Assembly: GCA_965153355.1 (NCBI GenBank)
Contig: OZ231126.1
Span: 38,440,001-38,504,000 of the forward strand
DNA length: 64,000 bases
Source of the DNA: Flaccisagitta enflata
Taxonomy: Eukaryota
Direction: 5' to 3'
Part shown: positions 38,853 through 53,211 of the stretch, piece by piece
How the letters are laid out: each line of letters begins with the position of its first letter
How positions within the stretch are numbered: position 1 is the stretch's first letter
Position numbers and translations under genes: made by a program
The notes under the pieces: generated by a model
Databases searched by the model: none
The model's input: the letters and a program-made list of their open reading frames with translations, nothing else
Told to the model about the DNA's origin: nothing

Positions 38853-41380
38853 GTCTGTCACACACTCTAGAAATCTCCAATGTTTGTCACTGAACCCAGA
38901 ATTCTCCAATGTCCGTCACACAACCCAGAGTTCTCCAAATGTCTGTCTCACCACCCAGTTTTCTCCAAATGTCCGTCACACCACCCAGATTTCTCCAGAT
39001 GTCTATCTCACCACTCAGTTTTCTCCAATGTCTGTCACATTAGCCAAATTTCTCCTATGTCTGTCACACAACCCAAAATTCTCCAATGTCTGTCACACAA
39101 CCCAAGATTCTCCAATGTCTGTCACAAAACCTGAGATTCTCCAATGTCTGTCACACAACCAAAGATTCTCCATGTCTCCGATATCTGTCACACAACCCAA
39201 GATTCTCCAATGTCTGTCACACAACCTAAAATTCTCCCATGTCTGTCACACAGCCTAAGATTCTCCGATGTCTGTCACACAACCCAAAATTCTCCATTGT
39301 CTGTCATACAACCCCAGATTCTCCGATGTCTGTCACACAACCCAAGATTTTCCGATGTCTGTCTCACAACCCAAAATTCTCCTGTGTCTGTCACACAGCC
39401 CAAGATTCTCCGATGTCTGTCACATAACCCAAAATTCTCTTATGTCTTTCACACAACCCAAAATTTTTGGATGTCTGTCACACAGCCCAAGATTCTCCGA
39501 TGTCTGTCACACAACCCAAAACTCTCCGACGTCTGTCACACAGCCCAAGATTCTCCGATGTCTGTCACACAACCCAAGATTCTTTAATGTCTGTCACACA
39601 ACCCAAAATTCTCCAATGTCTGTCACACAGCTCAAGGTTCTCCGATGTCTGTCACATAACCCAAAATTCTCCGATGTCTGTCACACAACCCAAAATCCTC
39701 TGATGTCTGTCACACAGCCCAAGATTCTCCAATGTCTGTCACGCAACCCAAAATTTTTTTATGTCTGTCATACAGCCTAAGATTCTCTGATGTCTGTCAC
39801 ACAACCCAAAATTCTCGGATGTCAGTCACACAACCCAAAACTCTCCGATGTCTGTCACACAACCCAAAATTCTCAAATGTCTGTCACACAACCCAAGATT
39901 CTCTGATGTCTGTCACATAACCCAAAATTCTCTTACGTCTTTCACACAACCCAAAATTTTTGGATGTCTGTCACACAGCCCAAGATTCTCCGATGTCTGT
40001 CACACAACCCAAAATTCTCCGACGTCTTTCACACAGCCCAAGATTCTCCGATGTCTGTCACACAACCCAAGGTTCTCCGATGTCTGTCACACAACCCAAA
40101 ATTCTCCGATGTCTGTCACACAACCCAAAATTCTCTGATGTCTGTCACACAGCCCAAGATTCTCCAATGTCTGTCACACAACCCAAAATTTTTCGATGTC
40201 TGTCGTACAGCCTAAGATTCTCTGATGTCTGTCACACAACCCAAAATTCTCGGATGTCAGTCACACAACCCAAAACTCTCTGATGTCTGTCACACAACCC
40301 AAAATTCTCCAATGTCTGTCACACAACCCAAGATTCTCTGATGTCTGTCACACAACCCAAGATTCTCCAATGTCTGTCACACAACCCAAAATTCTCCGAT
40401 GTCTGTCACACAGCCCAAGATTCTCCGATGTCTGTCACACAACCCAAAATTTTCCAATGTCTGTCACAACCAAAAATTCTCTAATGTCTGTCACACAGCC
40501 CAAGATTCTCCAATGTCTGTCACACAAACCAAAATTCTCCGATGTCTGTCACACAACCCAAAATTCTTCAATGTCTGTCACAAACCCAAGATTCTCCCAT
40601 ATCTGTCACACAACCCAAGATTCTCCCATGTCTGTCAAACAACCCAAAATTCTCCAATGTCTGTCACACAGCCCAAGATTCTCCAATGTCTGTCACTCAA
40701 CGCAAAATTCTCCAATGTTTGTCACACAACCCAAACTTCTTCAATGTCTGTCACACAGCCCAAGATTCTCCAATGTCTGTCACACAACCCAAAATTCTGC
40801 GTTGTCTGTCACACTACCCCAGATTCTCGAATGTCTGTCACACAACCCAAGATTCTCCGATGTCTGTTACACAACCCAAAATTCTCCAATGTCTGTCACA
40901 CAACCCAAGATTCCCCAATGTTTGTCTCACAACCCAAGATTCTCCAATGTCTGTCACACATCCAAAAATTCTTCGATGTCTGTCACACAACCCAAGATTC
41001 TCGGATGTCTTTCACATGACCGAAAATTATCCAATGTCTGTCATACAACCCAAAATTCTCCAATGTCTGTCACACAGCCTACGATTCTCCGATGTCTGTT
41101 ACACAACCCAAGATTCTCTGATGTCTCTCGCACAACTCAAGTCTCTGATGTCTGTCACACAACCCAAAATTCTCCAATGTCTGTCACACAACCCCAGATT
41201 CTCCGATGTCTGTCACACAACCTAAGATTTTCCAATGTCTGTTACACAACCCAATATTCTCCAATGTCTGTCACACAACCCAAAATTCTCCAAATTTATG
41301 TCACACAACCCAGTTTTCTCCAATGTTTGTCACACAGCCTAGAATTCTCCAATGTATGTCACACCACCCAGTTTCACCCA
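38853..41380 (+). repeat. 29-bp minisatellite, about 85 units
   Basis: Consensus ATGTCTGTCACACAACCCAARATTCTCCR; the 29-aa period of the translations equals three units. Confidence 0.95.
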
Positions 41381-41391
41381 GTCAGACTAAG

Positions 41392-41572
41392 AAGGCAGTG
41401 GGCCGCTCGCAAGTGGCAGTGAGACCGCCTACAGGCGGCAGTAGGACGGCCCACACGCGGCAGTGGGACTGCCCACAGGCGGCTGTGGGACCGCCCACAG
41501 GCGGCTGTGGGACCGCCCACAAGCGGCAGTGAGGTCGCCTATGGGTCGTGGTTAGGCCGCCCACAGGCGGCC
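41392..41572 (+). repeat. GC-rich tandem repeat of about 22 bp (GGCGGCTGTGGGACCGCCCACA)
   Basis: Directly visible next to the minisatellite end; each unit is partly self-complementary (TGTGGG/CCCACA). Confidence 0.8.
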
Positions 41573-41981
41573 ATTATTTACAACACAGATTTGTCTGGAT
41601 ACAAATACTAGAAAATTTTTATGAATTATTGCCTTTTTTTTTCATGCCCAATCAAGTTTTCGTGGAACACATTATGGCGAACGCCACTTGTTCCTTCTCG
41701 GATGGCATTGGACTGCCTCGAATCGGGACACTCGGAATTCCCGGAGCGCGCAGAGGACGGCTACGAAGGCGAGAGAGGCCTGCGAGAGGGCGGCCCCCGT
41801 GGAGCGCGGGGCGGCCTCGAGGGCGCGGGTTCTGTCCGAATCCAACGGAGCCAAGATACCGTAACGAAATGGACGATGGTCAATTTACTTCCTTTTTCGG
41901 CTAATCGCGGCCGACGATCTGGAAAAAGGAGTACATTTAAGGGGAACCGAGATCACAGAAACAGATATGCTAATGACTCAA

Positions 41982-42074
<93 letters not shown>

Positions 42075-42837
42075 CAAGCATTACAGACAGAGACAGACAA
42101 AGACAGGCAGAGACAGAGACAGACAGAGACAAACAGGGACTGACAGAGACAGGCCAAGACAGAGACAAACTGAGATAGACTGAGACAGACAGAGACAGAC
42201 AGATAGATAGAGACAGAGCATGGAATGCTCTCCGTCGTTTATGTATGAAAGATTGTAAATATGCGTTTATGGAAAAGGGTTTTGCAACTGAAACGACAGA
42301 GGGCGCATTCTTGTGCCTCTTGCGTTCGGATTAGCAGGCCGAATGAATCGCGATTTTAGTATGGCCACGCTTCGCTTTGGGCCTGTACTCAACCACTTTG
42401 CCGTTGATTTGAATGAATGCCCAAAAAGATTTTCAGGGAACGACATCCTCCATAACAGTCGAATTGGTATCTGTTGAAAAACATGGACTTTCAATGGCAA
42501 TGATTTGAATTGGATTACATTATCCATCTCGTTGTAATCCTGACGGTAAGAACTATGATCAGCAACGGACGCATTGGGTTTTTTTTTTACTTTTTTTTTC
42601 TATCTCTTTCAGAAACAAAAAGTACTTTTTTTTTTTTTTTTTTTTTTGCGCGCGCGATGACGATTGTATCTCGGAGAAATCAGGCGGAAGACCCAGACGT
42701 GGGGAAAAGCAGACACTAAAGAGAAAAAGACTCAAAAGACTCAAAAGACATGCGGAGATGATCTTGTCTCTCATTTTCCACTTGTTTGACGGTCAAACAC
42801 ACTCCAGACCGATGGTGACACTGATAAGGATATCATT

Positions 42838-42924
<87 letters not shown>

Positions 42925-43075
42925 AGGTAGACAGATCGAGAGACAGACTAAAAGATAAAGACCTTTCAATTTTTCTGCATCGAGACAGACAGAGAAGCAT
43001 CTCAAATAACCCTACCGCTGGTCTGGGTCGTCGTGAAGATGATGCGTATTGATTTCTACAACTTTGTTTCTGGTA

Positions 43076-43677
43076 CAGTGGGGTTCGTGGAATAACAGCC
43101 TAAACTGGAGGAAGGTATTTAAGTGTCTTAATTTTATTTGACAAACTTGATATTTGAAATATAAGTTGTTCACTCGATGCTTTTGTCCTTGAATTTTTTG
43201 GTTGCTATGGAAACTAGAATTATTTTTTCAAACATTAATAACCACTAGAATATCAATATTTTGAGAAATATTCTCAGGGAACATTGCTCAAAATTAAATT
43301 TGCTACAACTTTCCCACAGTATGTTCTGTAAAAATATTGCTCGTTTGGCCGTTGCTAGGGGGCATCACACCTAGCAACCGCTAAATGATGCTCCCTAGCA
43401 ACGGCTAAACGAGCAATATTTTTACAGGACATACTGTGGGAAAGTTGTAGCAAATTTAATTCTGAGCAATGTTCCCTGATAATATTTGTCAAAATATTGA
43501 TATTCTAGTTGTTATAAATGTTCAAAAAAATAGTTTTGGTTTCCATAGCAACCTAAAAACTCAGGGACAAAAGCATCAAGTGAACAACTTAAATTTCAAA
43601 TATCAAGTTTTTCAAATGATATTAAAACACTTAAATACCTTCCTCCAGTTTAGGCTGTTATTCCACGAACCCCACTG
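43076..43677. mobile_element. TA-flanked near-perfect palindromic MITE (602 bp)
   Basis: TA-CAGTGGGGTTCGTGGAATAACAGCC ... GGCTGTTATTCCACGAACCCCACTG-TA; the interior resembles the 29861/37899 MITE family. Confidence 0.88.
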
Positions 43678-45076
43678 TACTGTTGTCCAGTTCTACTACT
43701 TGGGCTCTGAGGTCTGGTAATCGACGATTGGGTCTGTTAACTCGTATGGTTAACTTTTTGATTCTTTCCGATTGAATCAATGCCACGGCTCAACCAATAT
43801 GATTCAGTAACTACAGGAGAAAACGCCAGCAATGTTATAAGAATCGATGACGCTATGTCACTGCCTCCATTTCAATTTCTCACCCTCATCCTCGGCCAAA
43901 ATAGGTGCCCTCATCTCTTCCCCTCCTCTCGAATCCTTTGATTATCTCAACCACACTGGCACTTGCCTCAGTACCCTCATGCCCCAGCCCCCAATTTCAT
44001 TCGTTTTTCGACATCTCATCGAACTAACTCATGCTCAGATCCCGATGTTACAATATACACGAAGGTCTAAACAAAAGAAAAGGAAAAGTTCCGCACCTTC
44101 TTTGTTGTTGTTGGATGGAGAATGATGATGAAAAAGACACAAAAATGCCCCGAGCCAATTTCGTGTTGTTGCGCTTTGAAAGAAAGGAGGTTCATCCCCC
44201 GTTTCTCCTACGTCTTCCCTGTGTACATGTACGCGGTTCGAGTTACACAACCCCTTTCTTTTTTTGTTTTTACTCACTCAAAACGGATTCACATCGATAT
44301 GTAAAAATTGTTACGATGCACATGTGCCTTTCCAAACATCGCCCTAGGCCTAGGAGAGAAGGGAGAACCATTGTTAGTTCACACGCACAGGGCCATCAAC
44401 CCACACTGTTCATTTTTAAGTTTGACTAGCAGGGGTAAAAATTCTTCCAAAGCGTATGGGTTTTTAGTCGCGGACGCGCGACTCTACACCATGCCACGTT
44501 GTTGGTACGTTGGTGTGTCATTAACAAATATTTTTGAAAGTTGAGCGGTTTTTGCATTGCAGCCCCTGCCCAACCATCCGCGACTGTCTTGCCATGTATC
44601 TGGCCTTGTTTATATAGGAATATCAATAAGATTTCAAACATTTCCGAGAAGCGCCGCTGCTTGCTTCTCCACTATTTAAATACCTGTTGACTAGCCATTC
44701 CTGATCATCTCTATATTGCTCTTTGATAACAATCATGTGCATTTGTACAGCACATAGAAATCAAATTGCTGGAGGACAATTTCACTTTTTGTCCTGTTAT
44801 TGGTCTAGAACTTATATCATGAAGCATCATGTAATCTTGTGGCTCAACTTCATATATTTTGTCCATTACCTCATTGCGGAATCCCCTTAATATCATTGAA
44901 GATTTTTGGTTTATGGAAGTTGAAACAACATTGCCTTTATAACAAAACGCCTCACAAGCTTCCAAGTGGTGGAAGAACTGACACTAGCAACATTGATCAA
45001 AAAAACCTTTGAGACAGGAATCGAGGAACAACCAACTAGGACTGCCTGCATTCTCTACCAAGGTGGTGATACTTAA

Positions 45077-46463
45077 CAGGGTGTGCAAAATTATACACAA
45101 TTGCTTCATAGAAAGAAAACTACTCTTGAATCTGACCTAGCATCATGAAATTTGGACCTGAGTGCAGCAGTTAGTTATTTTAGAAGCTAAACTTGATTGC
45201 AGGTCTTTTTCGTACCCTTTGTCACATCAAGAGTCAAATGATTTGAAGCAAAGATTTTGATTATGACAGGATTTTATTCCATGGGCAAAATAGGTTACAA
45301 AATTATAAATTTTTGTACTTGTATCTACTCAATAATGATTTTCTTTGCCTGACACACGCTCACCATATGACGTATTAGAATGAATCTTAGACAGTTCACG
45401 TTGTTTAATGTCTATGAATGTCGCATACCGTAGAAATTGAATAGAAGATAATATTCTTGGTCAGATTTTTTTCTTTCTCATTTTTGTGTTTTCTATTTGC
45501 ACTGACAGAATCTAAAACGCTTTGACAGTGGCGCGATTAAAAACAAGATCAAGTTATGACCAATATGCGCGCCTCATTGATTAAGAATAAGTGAATAAAT
45601 GACTGAATGAATGAAAGAATGAATGAATGAATGAATGACAGAATAAAAGTAAATGTGGGGAGGCAAGAGAGGTGACAGAATGAAAGATGCCGAAGTAGAC
45701 ATGCTAGGTTTTAACACATGCGTAACAGACCAACAGACAGACCAACCAACCAACGGACCAACGGACAGACATGAACTGTTATAGATGTGGGAAGATATAC
45801 ATGAAAAGAATTTTGTACTTTTTTGCCTTCCTGCGTCATTCTCATTTATGCAAAAATGTACATCAACTCAATATGGCTCCTCACCACTATCAGTCTACTC
45901 TCAACTATTGGGGCAACGTTTCATCCTTAGAAGAATGCCCTTACTACAAATTGAGTGAACAATCACCAACTAAATTGACTTCATTCCAAAAAATGTGGAT
46001 TTGATTTCAGTATGCAAATACATATAAATGTGGCGAGCGTGGACACACATTATGCTGAAGGAGGTAAAATATATCAACATGAATAGAGTTCAGCAAAGAG
46101 AGAAAGAGAGAGTGAGAACAGAAAAAAAATGAGAAGGGAAAGAGAGTGGGGAGGTTCTTTTGGTATTTTGCAATGAGTCGAGTGTACTTTGGAGGGTACG
46201 GTCTAGTAGGCCTAAGATACTAGGCCTAAAGAGCAAGAAAAACTAATGACAGAATATCAGATTATTCTAAAAAAAAATTTAAAGGAGTTTTTTATTAGAA
46301 TAAAATATACCTGAAAGGTTTTATTACTGACTTTATGAATTTTAATTTTGAATACTAAAAAGGATATTATTTCAAACCTACTTCTCATGCTTTGATAAAT
46401 CATTATCTTCTTGGGTTAGTAACAAAAGTAGGTGCTAATTGCGGATAATTCTGCATACCCTAT
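45077..46463. mobile_element. Possible old TA-flanked DNA element
   Basis: TA-ACAGGGTGTGCAAAATTAT at the left and a degenerate inverse ATAATTCTGCATACCCTAT-TA at the right; same terminus type as 28714-29289. Confidence 0.4.
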
Positions 46464-47136
46464 TATGAAAGTTAAAACTACAAAAGGATGCAAATTTTTA
46501 ATGGTGAATACTCACAACTATACTTTGTACTGAAACAAACATTTTTCTTACCTGACAAAAGCTTAAAATCAACTTAGGGTGGGGCAGTTCCTAAACTGAA
46601 TTGTAAACACAAAATCTATTACCAAGAACAAAAAATAATCAAAGATTACTTATATACTGGTGGAAAGGCTGACACTAGCATTATATCATTAGTTCATTAC
46701 TAGTGTTTACAGTCTAAAGTTACAATACATTGTATACAATTAAAAAAAAATCCAGCCAATGAAAAAAATAGAATAATTTTGTTTCTTCAGGTATAAAAGC
46801 ACCCTGAAAAAACAGTCAATAGATTTTCGCAATTTGTAAAATTATACTGATTACTCTGTAGCGTAATGTAAAACGCTTAGCACAATACGGTTCATTGAAG
46901 GTAAATTAATAGAATAACGAATAAGAGCATATACGTACAATTTCGATTGAGGGGGAACAGTATTTAAAGTGATAAGAACCCAATGTGCGGGCAATGCCAT
47001 TCTTTCCAAAACCAAGATGTTACAAGCTGTTCAAAATCTGCGGGTTTTTCACCTGAGGCAAATGAGAGAAACAGCCGTTTCTGGTCTTGTATCACATCTC
47101 TCGCAACATAGCTTACATACTTTTACGATTAGAAGT

Positions 47137-47219
<83 letters not shown>

Positions 47220-47811
47220 GACAGACAGACACAAAGACACAAAGAGCGGCATAAAGACATAGGCAGACATAGACAGATAATTTGGCGAGATAGACACAGA
47301 CTAACACAGACAGACGCAGAGAATGCCAGAGATACACAATTACACATACAGAGAGACATCAAAACGGCCAGGTTTGCAGAACGACCTGCTAAAAACAAGG
47401 CCGGATACGGCTGAAGATCGACAACAAATTTCTTTTGCAAAGCAATAAAAACAACAAAAACAAAAACAAAAAACGGCAAAAGGCCAAAATCTTGATGTGA
47501 AGAAGGCGTTGGTTGAAAATATCCGCCCTCGTACATGTACGTACAGCATACATATCTGATGATTGTTTCAAAACAAATAAATGCTAGAATCCAATGTGAT
47601 AAAGAGCTGAACATTGCGTCACTTAAAATTTTCTTTAACAAATATCAACACTCGTTCTCTCACTTTCTCACATCTTCAACTGGCTCCTCCCCGCTTCAAC
47701 GAAGTGACCGTGATTTTACAAAAGCTAAACAGCTGTTGTTATCCATTCCAAGGCTCCAAATACTTAGTTTTTAACTGTCAAAATTTAAAAGGAAAGTAAC
47801 TTAATATTCAA

Positions 47812-47849
<38 letters not shown>

Positions 47850-48469
47850 ACAGAATCGGACAACAAGGCCGATTACACGACTGCCCTGGCCGCGTTCGAG
47901 TGGTCGAAGGGCAGGGGCAACGATGAACTAGTCACAATGTTTTTTTTATTTTAATATGCGCATTTCGACTTGAATCTGACACAGTCGCCTCTGTTCTACA
48001 GGCCCTTCAGAACCGCTGCTCAAAAAGGTTAATCAAGCATTTGGGCAGGGTCACGGATGAAACCCAGCCAGCCCAAAATGCAAAAAAGCAGTCTTACAGA
48101 CCGACCAAAAGCCGTAGAAACAAGGCCGGATACACGGCCACCAGTTGCGGACGGGTGGGCAGGGGCGGAAATGCGCGTGTTCCCACTTTTCGACTCGATC
48201 ATTACGGACCAACGGACGGACAGACGGACGGACGGACATAGCCTCTTATAGAGTTGCGTATCCGCAACTAAAAATTCACCCCATACTAAAAATTCACCCC
48301 ATACTAAAAATTCACCGCATACCAGTCATCCACAGATCGCGCATGGTCAGGGGTAACGGTTGCCTTCCTTGATGTGCTGAAGCCAAGAATTAGAATGAAT
48401 AGCAGCGGCTCCAAAAATATTTGTCACGTGGAATTCTAGGCTTGAGCATCCTGATAATGGCTGTAGAGG

Positions 48470-48979
48470 TCGGGTGTGTCAATATGCAAAAGTATTTTTG
48501 ATCAGATCATCAACATCAGGGAATATAAACAAAAAAATACTAAGACTTTTAGCATTTTTGTTTTTTTGAAATTCATTTATCTTCGTTTTTTTAGCGAAGG
48601 AAAGATTGATAAGAATATATATACTTCCAGCATTTGCGCTTAGATTTGGTGAAAATGATACATATGATTTCTACAAAAAAGATTAGTTTTTGTCTCTTTC
48701 TATAGATTTGGTGATAAATGAACACATTATCCCATGTACAACAAGAATTAGCACTAAGATAGCTATACATGAAAACTTGATCATATTCCTGAGCAATAAT
48801 GCTGATATAAAATCATCAACACAGCAATATACAAATTACCAGCTAGAAAAGGGTTTTGGAAAAAACTGGAGATGAATGAAATTTGACAAAAAAACGCTAA
48901 AGGTCTTAAAATTTAGTATCTAATGCTGTCTGATATTGATGGTCTCATTAAAAAACCTTTTGCATATTGACACAACCGA
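48470..48979. mobile_element. MITE with a 7-9 bp TSD
   Basis: TIR TCGGGTGTGTCAATATGCAAAAG / CTTTTGCATATTGACACAACCGA, flanked by the direct repeat CTGTAGAGG. The exact TIR/TSD boundary is ambiguous. Confidence 0.8.
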
Positions 48980-50990
48980 CTGTAGAGGCCTTTTCTAAGG
49001 TCAGAGGCGTAATTCGTTGCATCACCCTCTACCATGTTTCTTATGATAATTGTGAGTTATGACCACAGCAGGGCAGTAGCCAAGGTTTGGGGCCTGAGCC
49101 CAATTTCAGACTAGAGGGCAAATTCCAAATTTGAGGTACCTGTATTGAGGCCCCAGTGAGCCTTGACAAGATTTGATTCTCATTGCTCAGGAACTCTTGA
49201 GACTGATTCGAGACCTGAGGAGGCATATATGAGGCCTGAAAAGTTTGATTTGATTTGAGTCCAATAAAGGTAGATTTTGAGACCTGAAAAGCTGATATGA
49301 GACCCACAATAGCTGATATGAAGGTTGAGAGGATAAACTTGATGTCTGAGGGGGCTGATTTGAGGCTTGAGATGGCTATTTCCTGAGAGGGTTAATTTCA
49401 AGCCTGAAAGGGCTGATTAGGGGGTAGATAGACAATAAAATTTTCAGAGGCAAGGGTAGGTTGAGAGATGTACAGACTAAATTTGATCCATTGTCCTTCA
49501 TAATGTTCCCTCATGGAGGCTGTTGCCCCAAAAAGACATATGAATTCATATTGAAGGATTTACAGATAAAAATTTTATCTATTGTCTTAAAGGATATCGC
49601 CCCGATGGAGACCACTGCCCAAAAGAACTCATGACCTTATGTTCTACAAGACTTAGTCCCCTTCAGCCTTCAGGGATGGCGTTCCGAAAACAGAAAAAAG
49701 AGGGAGACCAATTTGGATGAGTGTGGGTATGGAAGCAGACAAGAAAAAAAAGACAGTAAGACAGAGAGAGAAGGGGAATCATTTTCATTTCTGAAATTTG
49801 CGGCTAAAGTGGGCAATGAAGGTTCGGATTTGGCCCTCAAGACTGAAATTTAGTCATATAAGTAGAGTTTGTTTCGTTTTTTTTTTCTTATAAATTCAAA
49901 TCGTTTTTCATGTATCGTCTCATTCGTATTCTTGACACAGTTGAGCTAAAAATGAATTAATCGATGATAGAACAGCTGTTAAAGAACAAAATACAGAATT
50001 AGTACCAATTAGATAAGTTTTGTACGCTTTAAATTCATCTCTGCGTTCATCTTTATTCTCGTAGATTTTATGTTATAAACATCAGTTTGATGAGTTTTTA
50101 ATGGTCTTCGTTGCTGCTCAGGTTGTTGACGTGGCTAAATGAGGAATTGTGTCAGAAAGCAATTCAGTCATCCGAAGTCGCGTGCGGGTGGGCAGGGGCC
50201 ATATTTGAGGTCACTAAACAACGTGGGCAGGAGCAGTGAGGTCCAAGAAATAAAATCATACAAAAAATTGTGACGGACCAACCGCCCAACCAACCAACCA
50301 ACGGACAAAGCGGGTTATAGAGTCATGTGCACGCGACTAAAAACAATCTTCAATCCAGTTAAGGGACCGCGAGTTAGGTTTGTTCATCACAACTCTGAGG
50401 ACTTAAAAGGTGGTAGTGGGAAATACAATAGATTTTGGTCATTTTGGCTGTAAAATTGAGCAACTTCTTTTTATAAATTTGACTAAAAATCCATGAGATT
50501 CTTATACTAAAGTTCAAGCGCTAACCAGTGGTGCAATCCGCATGTTTCTAGCATTTCTTGGTAAAATTTGAGAGCATTTTATTTCTAAAGATAGAAGGGT
50601 TGGAGAAAAAATAAATTCTACTTTTTTGCCATTTTTGAAAGTACGTGATCAACTTCAAACTTATGGCATTTCTAAATGGTTTGATGCACAGAAACGAGAT
50701 TGGACTCAGATTAAAGATTTTTTGACGTAGATTAAAATGCTCAAATTTTATTTACTTATCTTAACGAGAAGTTGAGATATGTCTCTTTAAGGGTGTTGCC
50801 AAACATATTTCCTAGGTAGTATAGAATTACTATGAGGGAAATTTCTCTCATGACTCCAGTCATCAATTCTATACAACTACAGCATTGAATAAGTCATGAT
50901 CGCTGCAATGACTCTGTCTTTGTTCTGTATTTCTCTTTCAATTTTTCTATAGATTGATCTCTCCGTCACTGTCTCTATTACATACTGTCA

Positions 50991-51076
<86 letters not shown>

Positions 51077-51469
51077 GTCTTCCTTTTGTGTTCTCCTCAA
51101 CCCCCACCAGCCAATTCGGGATTTCCCTTAAGCTGCGTCCTTACCCTGGGGGTCTTTCACCCCTTCACCGATGGCGGGATGAACCAAACAGCTTCTTGTC
51201 GTAAGAAGAGTGATGCTCTTCCTCCGCCTCCTTCCCAGAAACCCTTCCTACCTCCCCCCCCCTCCCCTTCCAAACCCCCATCCCCATTTCATCTTTATGT
51301 ATTGTCTTTAGATTAATACAAGTTGAAAATCTCTTCTCATCTCCTCCTATATTTTCGATCTTTTCCACCACGCCGACGTGGGGGGAGGCGGAGGAGGTCG
51401 AGGAGGAGGAGGAGGAGGGAATGGCCAGATGTGACGACGACGTTGAAGACGACGATATGGTCGTTGAGA

Positions 51470-51574
<105 letters not shown>

Positions 51575-51852
51575 GCCGTCGCAGTCTCCATCGTCGTCAT
51601 CTCCACTTTCATCGTCATCGACCAACTGCAAGAAACCGATTAAACGACGATTCGGATTTTCGATTCCAGATGCAGATTCGCTTGTATGACAACAACCACG
51701 GCAATCACAACAACAACAACAACAACACCGCTACCAAGAGCATTTGCAACGCGGAGACAACGTCACCAAGGGAGTGAGAAAAGCGGTAAATTGAATCACT
51801 CCAATCTCTCACTCTCACTCTTTCCCTTTCTCTTCCTCCTTTGGCTTTTGGG

Positions 51853-51890
51853 TATAAATACAAATCTGCGTTCGTCTCTCACTCAGACAC
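51853..51890 (+). promoter_or_regulatory. Candidate core promoter for ADMP (TATA plus initiator)
   Basis: TATAAATA at 51853-51860 with TCAGAC about 30 bp downstream (51883-51888), 1.3 kb upstream of the ATG. Confidence 0.4.
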
Positions 51891-52551
51891 AAACACACAC
51901 AAGCAGGCACTCAAACGCTCAAACGTCGAATCTTCTGCTCCGTCTGTGTCTAAATCTTACTTGAAACGCTTCTTCTGCCACGCGTCTACAGAAACACGTT
52001 CATCTTCTCTCTCTTTTTCCCCCATCTCATCATCGTCATCGTCGTCTTCAGCATCGATTATCTCTCTTAAAGAAGGAAAAAAAATCATATTTCTCCCAAA
52101 CTCTCATTCTCACTCTCGATTCGAACGTTTATCATATGTATTGAGAGGTCCACACCAACAAAAATCGACTGACATTGATTCCTCTCTTTTTTTTTCCTCT
52201 GTCTCTCACTCATTCTCACTCCATATCGTCTTCCTCTCTACGATTGGCAAAAAATAAAGAAAAGGAAGAAGAAGAGGAAAACGAAACAAAACAATAGCGC
52301 ACGGCCTTCCCACGTTTTTTGAAAAAATTGCCGTATTGCGATTCATTCATGAATTGTCTTCATCAAGATTATTAAGAAACATAAACGTTTTTTTTACAAA
52401 TACCTTCCTCAAAACAAATGGAAAGAAGAAAATAAACAAATAAAAAAAAGAGACACAAATGAAAAAATAAGATGGAATTTGTATTGGGAGTAGTAACACG
52501 TGGTGCGTCACACCTGCGCGGTTCTCTGAGAAAAAACTCTTTTGTCCTTTG

Positions 52552-52654
<103 letters not shown>

Positions 52655-53211
52655 ACCGAGAGAGGACAAATAATTTTCTTCCCCCTTACTTCGGCCATAC
52701 CAACTAAATCTGGTTTCACCGCCACCGGCTCTCTCTCTCTCTCATTCTCCATTTCTCTTTTCTTTCTCTCTCTCTCTCGCTTTTCTCTGTTCTTTCTCTC
52801 TCCGGCAATCAAGAAAGAGAAAACACGGAAAAATTACGCTGAGTCTTTTTCCTCTCTGGCCTCTCCTCTGTCATTCCGTCTTTTTTGCGAGCAACGGGAA
52901 GCAAAAAGAGAGATAAAAAAAAACTTTTTTCTTCCAATGAACACGAATAAAAATTCGCCCCTCCTCATTGACTAAGAGATAACAACGAGAAAGATGGAAT
53001 CATCATCATCAACTTCAAAGAGAAAAATCTAAAAATAGACAACAAAAAAGATTCTGTTGAGAAAAAAGAAAGACATAAGAAGAGAAATTCAACACCCGAA
53101 TTGCGAAACTTTCGGTATCGGGAACCAAACACAAAGAAAACAATTCTCTTCTTTTTTTCTGAGGAGAGAACTTAAACAAGAAAAAAAAAAACTTTGGTCC
53201 TAATACCAAAA

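Noticed and set aside
38853-41380. CRISPR-like array (29-bp repeats)
   Set aside because: The units are head-to-tail with no unique spacers, there are no cas genes, and the context is eukaryotic.
38880-41422. ORFs up to 379 aa with a Cys/His-containing MSVTQPKILQCLSHNP repeat
   Set aside because: They arise from a stop-free 29-bp unit and give the same peptide in all three frames; there is no zinc-finger spacing or gene context.
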